Source of the DNA: Pristiophorus japonicus
Lineage: Eukaryota
DNA length: 64,000 nt
Direction: 5' to 3'
Assembly (NCBI RefSeq): GCF_044704955.1
Contig: NC_091999.1
Span: 20,150,001-20,214,000 of the forward strand
Shown: positions 12,303-25,803 of the stretch, piece after piece
Layout of the letters: the number at the start of each line of letters is the position of its first letter
Position numbering within the stretch: the stretch's first letter is position 1
Program-made: the position numbers and the translations under genes
Notes under the pieces: model-generated
The model's input: the letters and a program-made list of their open reading frames with translations, nothing else
Told to the model about the DNA's origin: nothing
The model's database searches: none

Positions 12303-13516
12303 ATTACTTAATTAAACAATGATTTCTCCCATTCTGCTCAGTGATAACTGATTTTCATCTGTTGCATTTGCATTTGCATTTTACTCCAGCTCGGTGACAA
12401 TCTGAGCAGATAATGAAATGAAATAGTGAAATGTATCTGTATCGCTCAGTCTCTGCCTCTCGATCTGTCTTGAGAGAGCTGTATATGTATTTGTGTGTTT
12501 GAGTCTTTGTCTCTCTCAGTCTGCCTCTCTCTGATTCACTCTGTCTGTCCCTGTTTCTCTGTTTGTCTCTGTCTCTCAATCTGTCTCCTTCACACGGTAT
12601 CCAGTTCTGTTCCAATGGGATTCTGTCATGCTCTCTGTCTGACTGTCTCGTTCTTTCCCATCATCTATGTCTTTGCCTGTCTCTGCTCGTCCCTGTCTCT
12701 AACCTGATGAGTATTTCCATCATTTTCTGTTTTTGTCTCGATGTCTCTCTCTCTCTATTTATCTTTCTCTCTATCTGTCTCCGTCTTTGTCTCTCTCCCC
12801 TGTCCCTGTCTTTCTCTCACTCTTTCCCTCCCTCTCTTTATAAATCACACAAACACATCTCTGTATATGTATGTGTTTGAGTCTTTGCCTCACTCAGTCT
12901 GACCCTAACTCTCAGTCTCAAACTTTCTGTCTCTCGCTGTCTCTCCCTCGCTGTCTGTTTCTCCCTGTTTTGCTGTTTGTCTCTGTCTCTCAATGTGCCT
13001 GTCTCTTTCTCACGGTGTCCAGTTGTGTTCCAATGGGATTCTCTCAGTCTCTCTGTCTGACTGTCTCACTCTTTCCCATCATCTCTGTCTATCTATGTCT
13101 CTGCCTGCCTGTCTCTCTTTGCCTGTCGCTGGTAGTTCCTGTCTCTAACCTGCTGAGAATTTCCAACATTTTATTTTTATTTCTTTGTCTCTCTGTCTAT
13201 CTGTCGCTCTCTCTCCATTTGTCTCTCTCCTTGTCACTTTCTTTATGATTGTTTTTCTCACACTCTTTCCCTCTTTCTCTTTATAGATCACACACACAGA
13301 TCTCTTTAGATGTATGTGTTTGAGAGTCTTTTTCTCACTCAGTCTGCCTCTCGTTTTCAGTCTCACACTTGCTGTCTCTCGTTGTCTCGATCTCGCTGTC
13401 TGTCTCTCCCTGTTTGTCGGTTTGTCTCTGTCTCGGAATGTGTCTGTCGACTTCTCATGGTGTCCAGTTCTATTCACAGCTCGAATATTGCTTTGACAAA
13501 ACCCATGCGCATCAAT

Positions 13517-13587
13517 TCCTCGTGGGAAAGTGGTGAATATCCCCGCCTGTCACACGGCAGACCACGGTTCAATTCCCTAACGGGTTA
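13517..13587 (+). pseudogene. tRNA-Asp(GTC)-derived pseudogene, altered 3' end
   Basis: Identical variant to the 11107 copy. Confidence 0.8.
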
Positions 13588-13792
13588 CTGCATTTTACAA
13601 AAGGCAGAATTTTTCTTCTGTTTCTTGGTATCGATTCATATTAAAAAGTTCCAGGGCAATATCGAGCAGCAGAAATGCAGCCTCTTCCAGATTTATAGCA
13701 AACGGTGACTTTTTCACGATTCTGTGGCCGTCTGCTGCACAGAGATGGATGGTTAAGTTTTAACTGAGTAACATTTAAAAAGGCACGAGCCA

Positions 13793-13874
13793 GAAGTCGT
13801 GGCCCATTGGTTAAGGCCATAGACTAAAAATCCATTCGGGTTTCCCCGCATAGATTTGAATCCTGCCGACTCCG
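13793..13874 (+). pseudogene. tRNA-Ser-derived pseudogene, anticodon AAA
   Basis: Identical variant to the 11383 copy. Confidence 0.85.
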
Positions 13875-14629
13875 TTTCTCAGCATATTTCATTCTGTTTG
13901 ACAATTTAACCAGCTCCCTGCAAAACTGATTCTGAGATAGACGGAACAACGACCCACACCTTTCAATGCCGCCGCTATTTTCTTTCTTTCATTAATCTGC
14001 AATATTCACGATACATACGGATAGAAAATCGCAAAAATCAGCCAAAGTTGCGACAATGATTCAGCATGTCTATCCCTCGAGATGTCTAAGGCATCTGTGC
14101 ATGTCCGTTGGTGCGTGTACATTTTTGTGTGTGTGTCTCTGTGTCTGTCTATCTGTAAAAATGTCTATGTGTATGTGCAACTGTCTGTGGAAATCATCAC
14201 CATGAATTTGGTATATCCTGGAACTTAAAAAAAAGACCTGTGGAAAGTAATATGGCTGTGAACTTTTGTCTGAGCTTTGGTTCAGTGGCAGCATACTTGA
14301 CTGAATCAGGAGTTTGTGTGTTCAAGTCGAACTCCTGAGACTTGAGCATATAATCTTGGCTAACTCTCAACTGCAGCACTTGGGGATTTTTGCATTGTTG
14401 AAACTGTTGACTTTCGGATGAAATGTTAAATTGAAGCTCCGTCTGCGCACTCTGGTGGTTGTGTGAGGTCCCAGAGCATTGCTGGAAAAAGAATAGGAGA
14501 GTTGCCCCCGTGTCAATATTCCGAAAAATGTTCGGAAATGCTCCCTGAAACCCGATGTGTTTGTGTGCGTCTGTGGAGGTGGAGTTGAAGCCCAGATTCT
14601 CACATAGACAGAATCCAAATGCTGACGGC

Positions 14630-14712
14630 ACCAGGATGGCCGAGTTGTTAAGGCGTTGGGCTTAAGATCCAATGGGTTTATACCCGGGTGGGTTCGAACC
14701 CCACTCCTGGTA
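14630..14712 (+). pseudogene. tRNA-Leu(TAA) copy 7, D-loop GG mutated
   Basis: GAGTTGTTAA (invariant D-loop GG / A-box lost). Confidence 0.7.
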
Positions 14713-15920
14713 ATTACTTAATTAAACAATGATTTCTCCCATTCTGCTCAGTGATAACTGATTTTCATCTGTTGCATTTGCATTTTACTCCAGCTCGGTG
14801 ACAATCTGAGCAGATAATGAAATGAAATTGTGAAATGTATCTGTATCGCTCAGTCTCTGCCACTCGCTCTCTCTTTAAAGAGCTGTATATGTATTTGTGT
14901 GTTTGAGTCTTTGTCTCTCTCGGTCTGCCTCTCTCTGATTCACTCTGTCTGTCCCTGTTTCTCTGTTTGTCTCTGTCTCTCAATCTGTCTCCTTCACACG
15001 GTATCCAGTTGTGTTCCAATGGGATTCTGTCATAATCTCTGTCTGACTCTCTCGTTCTTTCCCATCATCTCTGTCTTTGCCTGTCTCTGCTCGTCCCTGT
15101 CTCTAACCTGATGAGTATTTCTATCATTTTCTGTTTTTGTCTCGATGTCTCTCTCTCTCTATTTATCTTTTTCTCATTCTGTCTCCCTCTTTGTCTCTCT
15201 CCCCTGTCCCTGTCTTTCACTCACTCTTTCCCTCCCTCTCTTTATAAATCACACAAACACATCTCTGTATATGTATGTGTTTGAGTCTTTGCCTCACTCA
15301 GTCTGACCCTAACTCTGAGTCTCAAACTTCCTGTCTCTCTCTGTCTCTACCTCGCTGTCTGTTTCTCCTTGTTTCGCTATTTTTCTCTGTCTCTCAATGT
15401 GCCTGTCTCTTTCTCACGGTGTCCAGTTGTGTTCCAGTAGGATTCTCTCAATCTCTCTGTCTGACTGTCTCACTCTTTCCCATCATCTCTGTCTATCTAT
15501 GTCTCTGTCTGCCTGTCTCTCTTTGCCTGTCGCTGGTAGTTCCTGTCTCTAACCTGCTGAGAATTTCCAACATGTTCTTTTTATTTCTTTATCTCTCTGT
15601 CTATCTGTCGCTCTCTCTCCATCTGTCTCTCTCCTTGTCACTTTCTTTATGATTGTCTTTCTCTCACTCTTTCCCTCTTTCTCTTTATAGATCACACACA
15701 CAGATCTCTTTAGATGTATGTGTTTGAGAGTCTTTTTCTCACTCAGTCTGCCTCTCGTTTTCAATCTCACACTTGCTGTCTCTCGTTGTCACGATCTCGC
15801 TGTCTGTCTCTCCCTGTTTGTTGGTTTGTCTCTTTCTCGCAATGTGTCTGTCGACTTCTCATGGTGTCCAGATCTATTCACAGCTCGAATATTGCTTTGA
15901 CAACACCCCTGCGCATCAAT

Positions 15921-15991
15921 TCCTCGTGGGAAAGTGGTGAATATGCCCACCTGTCACACGGGAGACCACGGTTCAATTCCCTAACAGGGAG
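15921..15991 (+). pseudogene. tRNA-Asp(GTC)-derived pseudogene
   Basis: As other array Asp copies. Confidence 0.85.
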
Positions 15992-16197
15992 GCTGCATTT
16001 TACAAAAGGCAGAATTTTGCTTCTGTTTCTTGGTATAGATTCATGCTAAAAAGTTCCAGAGCAATATAGAGCAGCAAAAATACAGCCCCTTCCAGATTTT
16101 TAGCAAACGGTGACTTTTTCACGATTCTGTGGCCGTCTGCTGCACAGAGATGGACAGTTGATTTTAACTGAGTAACATTTAAAAAGGCAGCGATCCA

Positions 16198-16279
16198 GTC
16201 GTCGTGGCCCAGTGGTTAAGGCCATAGACGAAAAACCTATTCGGGTTTCCCCGCATGGATTTGAATTCTGCCAACTCCG
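16198..16279 (+). pseudogene. tRNA-Ser-derived pseudogene, anticodon AAA
   Basis: Loop CGAAAAA. Confidence 0.8.
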
Positions 16280-17033
16280 TTTCTCAGCATATTTCATTCT
16301 TTTTGACAATTTAATCAGGTCCCTGCAAAACTGATTCTGAGATAAACGGGACAACGTCCCACACCTTTCAATGCCGCCGCTGTTTTCTTTCTTTCATTAA
16401 TCTGCAATATTCACGAAACATACGGATAGAAAATCGCAAAAATCAGCCAAAGTTGCGACAGTGATTCAGCCTGTCTATCCCTCGAGATGTCTAAGGCATC
16501 TGTGCATGTCCGTTGGTGCGTGTACATTTTTGTGTGTGTGTCTCTGTGTCTGTCTATCTGTAAAAATGTCTATGTGTATGAGCAACTTTCTGTGGAAATC
16601 ATGACCATGAATTTGGTATGTCCTGGAACTTAAAAAAAAGACTTGGGGAAAGTAATATGGCTGTGAACTTTTGTCTCAGCTTTGGTTCAGTGGCAGCATA
16701 CTTGACTGAATCAGGAGTTTTGTGTTCAAGTCGCACTCCTGAGACTTGAGCATATAATCTTGGCTAACTCTCAACTGCAGCACTTGGGGAATTTTGCATT
16801 GTTGAACCTGTTGACTTTCGGATGAAATGTTAAATTGAAGCTCCGTCTGCGCACTCGGGTGTTTGTGTGAGGTTCCAGAGCATTGCTCGATAAAGAATAG
16901 GAGAGTTGCCCCCGTGTCAATATTCCGAAAAATGTTCGGAAATGCTCTCTGAAACCCGATGTGTTTGTGTGTGTCTGTGGAGGTGGAGTTGAAGCCCAGA
17001 TTCTCACATAGACAGAATCCCAACGCTGACGGC

Positions 17034-17116
17034 ACCAGGATGGCCGAGTGGTAAAGGCGTTGGGCTTAAGATCCAATGGGTTAATACCCGCGTGGGTTCG
17101 AACCCCACTCCTGGTA
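17034..17116 (+). tRNA. tRNA-Leu(TAA) copy 8, best-preserved copy
   Basis: ACCAGGATGGCCGAGTGGTAAAGGCGTTGGGCTTAAGATCCAATGGGTTAATACCCGCGTGGGTTCGAACCCCACTCCTGGTA: all stems pair, A/B boxes intact, only G31-U39 atypical. Confidence 0.88.
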
Positions 17117-18325
17117 ATTACTTAATTAAACAGTGATTTCTCCCATTCTGCTCAGTGATAACTGATTTTCATCTGTTGCATTTGCATTTTTCTGTAGCTC
17201 GGTGACAATCTGAGCAGATAATGAAATGAAATTGTGAAATGTATCTGTATCGTTCAGTCTCTGCCTCTCGCTCTCTCTTTCGAGAGCTGTATATGTATTT
17301 GTGTGTTTGAGAGTCTTTGTCTCTCTCAGTCTGCCTCTCTCTGATTCACTCTGTCTTTCCCTGTTTCTCTGTTTGTCTCTGTCTCTCAATCTGTCTGCTT
17401 CACACGGTATCCAGTTCTGTTCCAATGGGATTCTGTCATACTCTCTGTCTGACTGTCTCGTTCTTTCCCATCATCTATGTCTTTGCCTGTCTCTGCTCGT
17501 CCCTGTCTCTAACCTGATGAGTATTTCCATCATTTTCTGTTTTTGTCTCGATGTCTCTCTCTCTCTATTTATCTTTCTCTCTATCTGTCTCCCTCTTTGT
17601 CTCTCTCCTTGTCCCTGTCTTTCTCTCACTCTTTCCCTCCCTCTCTTTATAAATCACACAGACACATCTCTGTATATGTATGTGTTTGAGTCTTTGCCTC
17701 ACTCAGTCTGACCCTCAATCACAGTTTCAAACTTTCTGTCTCTCTCTGTCTCTACCTCGCTGTCTGTTTCTCCCTGTTTCGCTGTTTGTCTCTGTCTCTC
17801 AATGTGCCTGCCTCTTTCTCACGGTGTCCAATTGTGTTCCAATGGGATTCTCTCAGTCTCTCTGTCTGACTGTCTCACTCTTTCCCATCATCTCTGTCTA
17901 TCTATGTCTCTGCCTGCCTGTCTCTCTTTGCCTGTCGCTGGTAGTTCCCCTCTCTAACCTGCTGAGAATTTCCAACATTTTCTTTTTATTTCTTTGTCTC
18001 TCTGTCTATCTGTCGCTCTCTCTCCATCTGTCTCTCTCCTTGTCACTTTATTTATGATTGTCTTTATCTCACTCTTTCCCTCTTTCTCTTTATAGATCAC
18101 ACACACAGATTTATTTAGATGTATGTGTTTGAGAGTCTTTTTCTCACTCAGTCTGCCTCTCGTTTTCAGTCTCACACTTGCTGTCTCTCGTTGTCTCGAT
18201 CTCGCTGTCTGTCTCTCCCTGTTTGTCGGTTTGTCTCTGTCTCGCAATGTTTCTGTCGACTTCTCATGGTGTCCAGTTCTATTCACAGCTCGAATATTGC
18301 TTTGACAAAACCCATGCGCATCAAT

Positions 18326-18396
18326 TCCTCGTGGGAAAGTGGTGAATATCCCCGCCTGTCACACGGGAGACCACGGTTCAATTCCCTAACTGGGAG
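18326..18396 (+). pseudogene. tRNA-Asp(GTC)-derived pseudogene
   Basis: As other array Asp copies. Confidence 0.85.
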
Positions 18397-18602
18397 GCTG
18401 CATTTTACAAAAGGCAGAATTTTGCTTATGTTTCTTGGTATAGATTCATATTAAAAAGTTCCAGAGCAATATAGAGCAGCAAAAATACAGCCTCTTCCAG
18501 ATTTTTAGCAAACGGTGACTTTTTCACTATTCTGTTGCCGTCTGCTGCACAGAGATGGATGGTTAAGTTTTAACTGAGTAACATTTAAAAAGGCACGAGC
18601 CA

Positions 18603-18684
18603 GTAGTCGTGGCCCATTGGTTAAGGCCAAAGACTAAAAATCCATTCGGGTTTCCCCGCATAGATTTGAATCCTGCCGACTCCG
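18603..18684 (+). pseudogene. tRNA-Ser-derived pseudogene, anticodon AAA
   Basis: Loop CTAAAAA. Confidence 0.85.
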
Positions 18685-19438
18685 TTTCTCTGCATATTTC
18701 ATTCTGTTTGACAATTTAACCAGGTCCCTGCAAAACTGATTCTGAGATAGACGGAACAACGTCCCACTCCTTTCAATGCCGCCGCTATTTTCTTTCTTTC
18801 ATTAATCTGCAATATTCACGATACATACGGAGAGAAAATCGCAAAAATCAGCCAAAGTTGCGACAATGATTCAGCATGTCTATCCCTCGAGATGTCTAAG
18901 GCATCTGTGCATGTCCGTTGGTGCGTGTAAATTTATGTGTGTATGTCTCTGTGTCTGTCTATCTGTAAGAATGTCTATGTGTATGTGCAACTGTCTGTGG
19001 AAATCATCACCATGAATTTGGTATGTCCTGGAACTTAAAAAAAAGACTTGGGAAAGTAATATGGCTGTGAACTTTTGTCTCAGCTTTGGTTCAGTGGCAG
19101 CATTCTTGACTGAATTAGGAGTTTGTGTGTTCAAGTCGCACTCCTGAGACTTGAGCATATAATCTTGGCGAACACTCAACTGCAGCACTTGGGGAATTTT
19201 GCAGTGTTGAAACTGTTGACTTTCGGATGAAATGTTAAATTGAAGCTCCGTCTGCGCACTCGGGTGGTTGTGAGAGGTCCCAGAGCATTCCTCGAAAAAG
19301 AATAGGAGAGTTGCTACCGTGTCAATATTCCGAAAAATGTTCGGAAATACTCCCTGAAACCCGATGCATTTGTGTGTGTCTGTGGAGGTGGAGTTGAAGC
19401 CCAGATTCTCACATAGACAGAACCCAATTGCTGACAGC

Positions 19439-19521
19439 ACCAGGATGGCCGAGTGGTTAAGGCGTTGGGCTTAAAATCTAATGGGTTTATATCCGCGTGG
19501 GTTCGAACCCCACTCCTGGTA
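19439..19521 (+). tRNA. tRNA-Leu(TAA) copy 9
   Basis: Intact boxes; loop CTTAAAA; extra G-U pairs. Confidence 0.65.
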
Positions 19522-20723
19522 ATTACTTAATTAAACAGTGATTTCTCCCATTCTGCTCAGTGTTAACTGATTTTCATCTGTTGCATTTGCATTTTTCTTT
19601 AGCTCGGTGACAATCTGAGCAGATAATGAAATGAAATAGTGAAATGTATCTGTATCGCTCAGTCTCTGCCTCTCGCTCTGTCTTTAGAGAGCTGTATATG
19701 TATTTGTGTGTTTGAGTCTTTGTCTCTCTCAGTCTGCCTCTCTCTGATTCACTCTGTCTGTCCCTGTTTCTCTGTTTGTCTCTGTCTCTCAATCTGTCTC
19801 CTTCACACGGTATCCAGTTCTGTTCCAATGGGATTCTGTCATACTCTCTGTCTGACTGTCTCGTTCTTTCCCATCATCTATGTCTTTGCCTGTCTCTGCT
19901 CGTCCCTGTCTCTAACCTGACGAGTATTTCCATTATTTCTGTTTTTGTCTCGATGTCTCTCTCTATTTATCTTTCTCTCTATCTGTCTCCCTCTTTGTCT
20001 CTCTCCTTGTCCCTGTCTTTCTCTCAATCTTTCCCTCCCTCTCTTTATAAATCACACAAACACATCTCTGTATATGTATGTGTTTGAGTCTTTGCCTCAC
20101 TCAGTCTGACCCTCCCTCACAGTCTCAAACTTTCTGTCTCTCTCTGTCTCTACCTCGCTGTCTGTTTCTCTCTGTTTCACTGTTTGTCTCTGTCTCTCAA
20201 TGTGCCTGTCTCTTTCTCACGTTGTCCAGTTGTGTTCCAATGGGATTCTCTCATTCTCTCTGTCTGACTCTCTCACTCTTTCCCATCATCTCTGTCTATC
20301 TATGTCTCTGCCTGCCTGTCTCTCTTTGCCTGTCGCTGGTAGTTCCCCTCTCTAACCTGCTGAGAATTTCCAACATTTTCTTTTTATTTCTTTGTCTCTC
20401 TGTCTATCTGTCGCTCTCTCTCCATCTGTCTCTCTCCTTGTCACTGTCTTTATGATTGTCTTTCTCTCACTCTTTCACTCTTTCTCTTTATAGATCACAC
20501 ACACAGATCTCTTTAGATGTATGTGTTTGAGAGTCTTTTTCTCACTCAGTCTGCCTCTCGTTTTCAGTCTCACACTTGCTGTCTCTCGTTGTCTCGATCT
20601 CGCTGTCTGTCTCTCCCTGTTTGTCGGTTTGTCTCTGTCTCTCAATGTGTCTGTCGACTTCTCATGGTGTCCACATCTATTCACAGCTCGAATATTGCTT
20701 TGACAAAACCCATGCGCATCAAT

Positions 20724-20794
20724 TCCTCGTGGGAAAGTGGTGAATATCCCCACCTGTCACACAGGAGACCACGGTTCAATTCCCTAACGGGGAG
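20724..20794 (+). pseudogene. tRNA-Asp(GTC)-derived pseudogene
   Basis: As other array Asp copies. Confidence 0.85.
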
Positions 20795-21001
20795 GCTGCA
20801 TTTTACAAAAGGCAGAATTTTGCTTCTGTTTCTTGGTATAGATTCATATTAAAAAGTTCCAGAGCAATATAGAGCAGCAAAGATACAGCCTCTTTCAGAT
20901 TTTTAGCAAACGGTGACTTTTTCACGATTCTGTGGCCGTCTGCTGCACAGAGATGGATAGTTGAGTTTTAACTGAGTAACATTTAAAAAGGCAGCGAGCC
21001 T

Positions 21002-21083
21002 GCAGTCGTGGCCCAGTGGTTAAGGCCATAAACGAAAAACCTATTCGGGGTTCCCCGCATCGATTTGAATTCTGCCAACTCCG
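21002..21083 (+). pseudogene. tRNA-Ser-derived pseudogene, anticodon AAA
   Basis: Identical to the 175 copy. Confidence 0.85.
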
Positions 21084-21838
21084 TTTCTCAGCATATTTCA
21101 TTCTGTTGGACAACTTAATCAGGTCCCTGCAAAACTGATTCTGAGATAGACGGGACAACGTCCCACACCTTTCAATGCCGCCGCTGTTTTCTTTCTTTCA
21201 TTAATCTGCAATTCTCACGATACATACGGATAGAAAATCGCAAAAATCAGACAAAGTTGCGACAGTGATTCAGCCTGTCTATCCCTCAAGATGTCTAAGG
21301 CATCTGTGCATGTCCGTTGGTGCGTGTACATTTTTGTGTGTGTGTCTCTGTGTCTGTATATCTGTAAAAATGTCTATGTGTATGTGCAACTGTCTGTGGA
21401 AATCATCACCATGAATTTGGTATGTCCTGGAACTTAAAAAAAAGACTTGGGGAAAGTATTATGGCTGTAAACTTTTGTGTAAGCTTTGGTTCAGTGGCAG
21501 CATTCTTGACTGAATCAGGAGTTTGTGTGTTCAAGTCGCACTCCTGAGGCTTGAGCATATAATCTTGGCTAACACACAACTGCAGCACTTGGGGAATTTT
21601 GCATTGTTGAAACTGTTGACTTTCGGATGAAATGTTAAATTGAAGCTCCGTCTGCGCACTCGGGTGATTGTGAGAGGTCCCAGAGCATTACTCGAAAAAG
21701 AATAGGAGAGTTGCCCCCGTGTCAATATTCCGAAAAATGTTCGGAAATGCTCCCTGAAACCCGATGTGTTTGTGAGTGTCTGTGGAGGTGGAGTTGAAGC
21801 CCAGATTCTCACATAAACAGAATCCAATTGCTGACGGC

Positions 21839-21921
21839 ACCAGGATGGCCGAGTGGTTAAGGCGTTGGCCTTAAAATCCAATGAGTTTATATCCGCGTGG
21901 GTTCGAAACCCACTCCTGGCA
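21839..21921 (+). pseudogene. tRNA-Leu(TAA) copy 10, mismatched
   Basis: Shares C31 and the ...CCTGGCA end with the 1012 copy. Confidence 0.75.
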
Positions 21922-23128
21922 ATTGCTTAATTAAACAGCGATTTCTCCCATTCTGTTCAGTGATAACTGATTGTCATCTGTTGCATTTCCATTTTTCTTC
22001 AACTCGGTGACAATCTGAGCAGATAATGAAATGAAATTGTGAAATGTATCTGTATCGCTCAGACTCTGCCTCTCGCTCTCTCTTTAGAGAGCTGTATATG
22101 TATTTGTGTGTTTGAGTCTTTGTCTCTCTCAGTCTGCCTCTCTCTGATTCACTCTGTCTGTCCCTGTTTCTCTGTTTCTCTCTGTCTCTCAATCTGTCTC
22201 CTTCACACGGTATCCAGTTGTGTTCCAATGGGATTCTGTCATACTCTCTGTCTGACTGTCTCGTTCTTTCCCATCATCTCTGTCTTTGCCTGTCTCTGCT
22301 CGTCCCTGTCTCTAACCTGATGAGTATTTCCATCATTTTCTGTTTTTGTCTCTATGTCTCTCTCTCTCTATTTATCTTTCTCTCTATCTGTCTCCCTCTT
22401 TGTCTCTCTCCTTGTCCCTGTCTTTCTCTCACTCTTTCCCACCATCTCTTTATAAATCACACAAACACATCTCTGTATATGTATGTGTTTGAGTCTTTGC
22501 CTCACTCAGTCTGACCCTAACTCTCAGTCTCAAACTTTCTGTCTCTCTCTGTCTCTACCTCGCTCTCTGTTTCTCCCTGTTTCGCTGTTTGTCTCTGTCT
22601 CTCAATGTGCCTGTCTCTTTCTCACTGTGTCCAGTTGTGTTCCAATGGGATTCTCTCAGTCTCTCTGTCTGACTGTCTCACTCTTTCCCATCATCTCTGT
22701 CTATCTATGTCTCTGCCTGCCTGTCTCTCTTTGCCTGTCGCTGGTAGTTCCTGTCTCTAACCTGCTGAGAATTTCCAACGTTTTCTTTTTATTTCTTTGT
22801 CTCTCTGTCTATCTGTCGCTCTCTCTCCATCTGTCTCTCTCCTTGTCACTGTCTTTATGATTGTCTTTCTCTCACTCTTTCCCTCTTTCTCTTTATAGAT
22901 CACACACACAGATCTCTTTAGATGTATGTGTTTGAGAGTCTTTTTCTCACTCAGTCTGCCTCTCGTTTTCAGTCTCACACTTGCTGTCTCTCGTTGTCTC
23001 GATCTCGCTGTCTGTCTCTCCCTGTTTGTCGGTTTGACGCTGTCTCTCAATGTGTCTGTCGACTTTTCATGGTGTCCAGTTCTATTCACAGCTCGAATAT
23101 TGCATTGACAAAACCCATGCGCATCAAT

Positions 23129-23199
23129 TCCTCGTGGGAAAGTGGTGAATATCCCCACGTGTCACACGGTAGACCACGGTTCAATTCCCTAACGGGGAG
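23129..23199 (+). pseudogene. tRNA-Asp(GTC)-derived pseudogene
   Basis: Identical to the 2291 copy. Confidence 0.85.
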
Positions 23200-23405
23200 G
23201 CTGCATTTTACAAAAGGCAGAATTTTTCTTCTGTTTCTTGGTATAGATTCATATTAAAAAGTTCCAGAGCAATATGGAGCAGCAACAATACAGCCTCTTC
23301 CAGATTTCTAGCAAACGGTGGCTTCTTCACGATTCTGTGGCCGTCTGCTGCACAGAGATGGATGGTTGAGTTTTAAATGAGTAACATTTAAAAAGGCAGC
23401 GACCA

Positions 23406-23487
23406 GTAGTCGTGGCCTAGTGGTTAAGGCCATAGACTAAAAATCCATTCTGGTTTCCCCGCATAGATTTGAATCCTGCCGACTCCG
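23406..23487 (+). pseudogene. tRNA-Ser-derived pseudogene, anticodon AAA
   Basis: Identical to the 2568 copy. Confidence 0.85.
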
Positions 23488-24242
23488 TTTCTCAGCATAT
23501 TTCATTCTGTTTGACAATTTAACCAGGTCCCTGCAAAACTGATTCTGAGATAGACGGAACAACGTTCCACACCTTTCAATGCCGCCGCTGTTTTCTTTCT
23601 TTCATTAATCTGCAATATTCACGATACTTACGGATAGAAAATCGCAAAAATCAGCCAAAGTTGCGACATTGATTCAGCCTGTCTATCCCTCGAGATGTCT
23701 AAGGCATCTGTGCATGTCCGTTGGTGCGTGTAAATTTGTGTGTGTGTGTCTCTGTGTCTGTCTATCTGTAAAAATGTCTATGTGTATGTGCAACTGTCTG
23801 TGGAAATCATCACCATGAATTTGGTATATCCTGGAACTTAAAAAAAAGACTTGGGGAAAGTAATATGGCTGTGAACTTTTGTCTCAGCTTTGCTTCAGTG
23901 GCAGAATTCTTGACTGAATCAGGAGTTTGTGTGTTCAAGTCGCACTCCTGAGACTTGAGCATATAATCTTGGCTAACTCTCAACTGCAGCACTTGGGGAA
24001 TTTTGCAGTGTTGAAACTGTTGACTTTCGGATGAAATGTTAAATTGAAGCTCCGTCTGCGCACTCGGGTGGTTGTGAGAGATCCCAGAGCATTACTCGAA
24101 AAATAATAGGAGAGTTGCCCCTGTGTCAATATTGCTAAAAATGATCGGAAATGCTCCCTGAAACCCTTCGTATTTGTGTGTGTCTGTGGGGGTGGATTTG
24201 AAGCCCAGATTCTCACAGAGACAGAATCCAATCGCTGACGAG

Positions 24243-24325
24243 ACCAGGATGGCCGAGTGGTTAATGCGTTGGGCTTAAGATCCAATGGGTTTTTCCTCGC
24301 GTGGATTCATATCCCACTCCTGGTA
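24243..24325 (+). pseudogene. tRNA-Leu(TAA) copy 11, degenerate 3' half
   Basis: B-box GGATTCATATC; variable arm disrupted. Confidence 0.8.
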
Positions 24326-25513
24326 ATTGCTTAATTAAACAAATATATTTTTTTCCCCATCCTGCTCAGTGATAGCCGATTTTCATTTGTTGCATTTGCA
24401 TTTTTCTGTAGCTCGGTGACACTCTGAGCAGATAATGAAATGAAATTGTGAAATGTATCTGTGTCGCTTTGTCTCTGCCCCTCTCTCTTTAGAGAGCTGT
24501 GTATGTGTTTGTGTATTTGAGTCTTTGTCTGTATCAGTCTGCCTCTCTCTGATTAACTCTGTTTATCCCTTTTACTCTGTTTGCCTCTGTCGCTCAATCT
24601 GTCTCTTTCTGATGGTGTCAAGTTCTGTTCCAAATGGATTCTCTCAGACTCTCTGTCTGACTGTCTCTCTCTTCACATCATCTCTGTCTGTCCATGTATT
24701 TGCCTGTCTCTGTTACTCCCTGCCTCTAACCTGATGAGTATTTCCATCATTTTCTGTTTTTGCCTCTTTGTCTCTCTCTCTCTATCTGTCTTTCTCTCTA
24801 TCTGTCTCCCTCTTTGTCTCTCTCTTTGTCCCTGGCTTTTTCTTGTCATTCCATCACTATTTGCCTCCCTCTCTTTTTGGAGCACGCAAACACATCTCTG
24901 TGTACGTGTTTTCAAGTCTTTGTCTCACTCAGTCTGACCCTCCGTCTCAGTCTCAAACTTCCTGTCTCTCTCTGTCTCTATCTCACTGTCTGTCACTCCC
25001 TGTTTTCGTGTTTGTCTCTGTTTCTCACGGTGTCCAGTTCTGTTCCAATCGGATTTTCTCAGTCTCTCTTTCTGACTGTCTCACTCTTTCCCATCATCTC
25101 TGTCTGTCTATGTCTCTGCCTGTCTGTCTCTCTTTGTCTGTCTCTGTTAGTGCCTGTCTCTATCCTGATAAATATTTCCATCATTTTCTGTTTTTTTCTC
25201 TATATCTCTCTCTCTATCTGTATCTCTCCTTGCCACTGTCTTTATCATTGTCTTTCTCTCATTCTATCCCTCTCTCTCTTTATAGATCACACACACAAAC
25301 CTCTGTATCTCAATGCGTTTGAGTATTTTTCTCACTCAGTATGCCTCTCCTTCTCAGTCTCACACTTTCTGTCTCTCGTTGTGTCTATCTTGCTGTCTGT
25401 CTCTCCCAGTTTGTCGGTTTGTCTCTGTCTCTCAATGTGTCTGTCGACTTCGCATGCTGTCCAGTTCTCTTCACAACTCGATTCCTGCTGTGACAGAACT
25501 GATACTCGTCAGT

Positions 25514-25584
25514 TTCTCGTTAGTATAGTGGTGAGTATCCCAGCCTTTCATGCGGAAGAGCGGGGTGCAATTCCTTGCAGGGAG
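25514..25584 (+). pseudogene. Edge tRNA-Asp pseudogene with canonical D-arm but anticodon TTC
   Basis: TTCTCGTTAGTATAGTGGTGAGTATCC...CT TTC AT...; T6 pol III terminator at 25589-25594. Confidence 0.8.
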
Positions 25585-25803
25585 GCCGTTTTTTCAAAAT
25601 GCATAATTTTACTTCTGTTTCTTGGTATAGATCCATGTTATCAAGTTCCAGAGCAAGAAAGAACAACAAAAATACAGATAGAGGAGATTGCCTCTTCCAG
25701 ATTTTTAGCAAATGAAAACTTTTTCAGGATTCTTTGGCCGTCTGCTGCACAGAAATGGATGACTGCATTTTTTCTGCGTAACGTTTAAAGAGGCAGCAAC
25801 GCA

